NCBI GenBank assembly: GCA_964106645.2
Contig: OZ067038.1
Length of the DNA stretch: 64,000 bases
From: Podarcis pityusensis
Lineage: Eukaryota
Reading direction: 5' to 3' (one strand)
Shown here: one piece after another, positions 61,818 to 64,000 of the stretch
How the letters are laid out: each line of letters begins with the position of its first letter
How positions within the stretch are numbered: position 1 is the stretch's first letter
The notes under the pieces: generated by a model
Databases searched by the model: none
What the model was told of the DNA's origin: nothing
Seen by the model: only the letters and a program-made list of their open reading frames with translations
Made by a program: the position numbers and the translations under genes

Positions 61818-63667
61818 CCCTTGATCTTCTCCCTCCCCACCCCCATCTTCCTCTTCCCACCTCTAATGACCTACTGCCATAACTAAGAGGCATTGTTTTC
61901 AGGTTACCTTGGCTGTGTAAGGATAATGGGAACTCAGCAATATGCCATCATAGTGTGTGCTGTGAGCACAGTGGGCAACTGGACATGGCTCAGTTAACAA
62001 TGTACAGGCTCTGCTTCTTTATTTAAAGGCTTTAAAACTTCTATGCTTCCAAACTTCCCATGTTCTTTGGTTCACTCTGGAGCAATGTTGGGCTATGCTA
62101 CAAGAGACTGGGGCAATGACTCATGCGTTTGGGCTGCATAGAACATGCCTCACGAGGCTCATGGCAGAAGGCAGGGATTCCTCAGCAAACACATCAACCT
62201 GGCAGGTGTTTCGTGAAGGACGGTACCACTGTTTGAGGCCATTCAGTCACCCTCACAAGGAAAAAATAAAACTGGGGAAGTTTTCTTCCCCAATGTCTTA
62301 ATGTGCACACAAATCTGGCACCCTCAAAATAAGTGGATATGTAACTCACCTTGTCATGTTCTCAAAGCCACTTTAGAATTGTGGCATTGTTCTGGGCACA
62401 AATTTCTGTGTATTTACGAGGTGTGCGTGCAGGTATGAAGTGGCATATCACAAAAGCAGGTTGTTAGAAGCTACATTAAATCAGATAGTTTAGATTGTTC
62501 ATATATGCAGCTGAAACGGAACAGCATTGCAGCAAATGATAATTCAAGTATGCTAAAATGTGTGTGCTGTTTTGGAGTCTTCAGAAATGATTAGAGGAGA
62601 AGAGTGTTCTGGCTCTCCTGGATAGCGTTGCAGACTGTGAATGCTTTTAAAAACTAAACAATTTATCTACCGTATTATTCTTTAATATGTATTTAAGCAA
62701 GTCATTCCACTGACTCTTGTATTACATTACTTTCTGCCCTCTCTCGATATAGTCCACCATTTCCTAAAATTATAGGTGTAATCCAAGCTGCCAGTAGCTA
62801 TTTGTTTTCCAATTTAGAGCCAGAACTATGCAGTCCGGAATGGGAGAACACAGACAAGCATAGACTGTGTCCTAATAGAAGAAGAAAAGAGTGACCATAA
62901 AGCCATCGGTAGCCCAGTCCAGAAGAGACTGCAATACTTATAGCAGCATTAGCCACAACGTAACTTCAAGGTGCACAGATTAATGTGGGAATTGCATGAA
63001 TCCTAGATTCCTGGGATTTCACTTTCTGTGAACAATGCCCCAATGCAGTAGCTGTTCAGCAGGGTGGATGTTATTCACAGGACTGCTAGGTGGCATCTTT
63101 ACCTGAAAACTTGTGTGTTCTCTATTAAAAACATTGCTGTATACGAACAGAAATTTGAATCCTATGTGGAAGAAGGACTTTCTGTAATATCCAGTTGTTG
63201 GCATCTTTCTGTCTCACAAGACAATGGAGTGTGCCTCCACTCTGGGGCACAAGCCTGGGCAGTGTATATGGAGGTCCTGGGCTACCCAGATGACAAGACC
63301 CCACTCTCAGCTTCCCTAATGTGATCCAAAGGAAAGCAGAGCAATATACCGGTATTTGGCACCAGCTTGGCTGCAGGAGTTATGAGAAGGAGGCACACAA
63401 TATGCCATTCAACTGTCTTAGGGATTCCACTCCAGATATGTGTAGGGTTTACTCCTTAGCCTTTTCTTCTCCCCAAGATGTCCCACAAGCAGTGGGTACA
63501 GATTTTTCCTCGGGGTTTACTCCTGAAGCCTTTCTCACGAATGAATATAGCCATAAGGCAGCAGATGTTTAGGATCTGAGTTTCCCTTCTCCTGATATTC
63601 AGTAACTCGTGGTATTTAGTAGGTTTCCTACCCAATCAAAGCTGCAGATTGCTCTTGGGTTCCCTAA

Positions 63668-63781
63668 CTGCATGATTCCTTTATGGGAGATAGGATCCAG
63701 GCTTCCTGTCATGCTTAGAGTAGGAACATTTAGATCAAGGGGACATAAGTTCTAAGCATGACTAAGTCTGGCTCCAACCCA
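63668..63781. mobile_element. Palindromic MITE (similar to about 7795-8098)
   Basis: GTCATGCTTAGA ... TCTAAGCATGAC perfect 12-bp inverted repeat. Confidence 0.6.
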
Positions 63782-64000
63782 TTAGATCTGCATACTGTAG
63801 CAGCCAATATTGTATATATATATATATATATATATTTGTTTTTCTACATTGTGGGCTGCATTATTTTCCTGTTTTAGAGTTTTCCTGAGAAATGTACTAT
63901 AGTCAAACATGTGTAAGAACAGCAGGCGTGGAAGTGATACATACTCCATTTGTTGCTTATTGTCTTGTATAAGAAGTGAACTCATATTCTCTATCGCAGG

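Noticed and set aside
1-64000. CRISPR arrays, operons or other prokaryotic systems
   Set aside because: The sequence is vertebrate; no regularly spaced repeat-spacer array or dense coding organisation was seen.

Overview
Eukaryotic, squamate (lizard) genomic DNA, most likely lacertid. This is inferred from Sauria/Squam1-, Squam2- and Squam3-type SINEs, BovB, L2, CR1 and L1 LINEs and lizard-type MITEs, all recognised from memory of family consensi with no database search. I recognise no host protein-coding exon, tRNA or rRNA gene. The window looks like a large intron or gene desert: a mosaic of transposable elements separated by AT-rich unique blocks dense in homeodomain/SOX/MEIS-type motifs (candidate conserved enhancers). 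The only real long ORF is an uninterrupted L1-clade ORF2 (1-2958, open beyond the left edge) with 3' UTR and poly(A), inserted into a CR1 fragment. Other well-supported elements: a decayed second L1, a BovB 3' end with TSD, three copies of a Tc1/mariner-type MITE (TA TSD), five hAT-type MITEs with 8-bp TSDs, two solo LTRs and a nested/inverted three-SINE cluster. There is a 164-N assembly gap. The most novel-looking signal is an ENE-like hairpin (U-rich internal loop, potential triple helix with poly(A)) inside the 758-bp solo LTR at 42601-43358, with a degenerate counterpart in a second LTR-like segment. Almost all short ORFs in the track are judged spurious.
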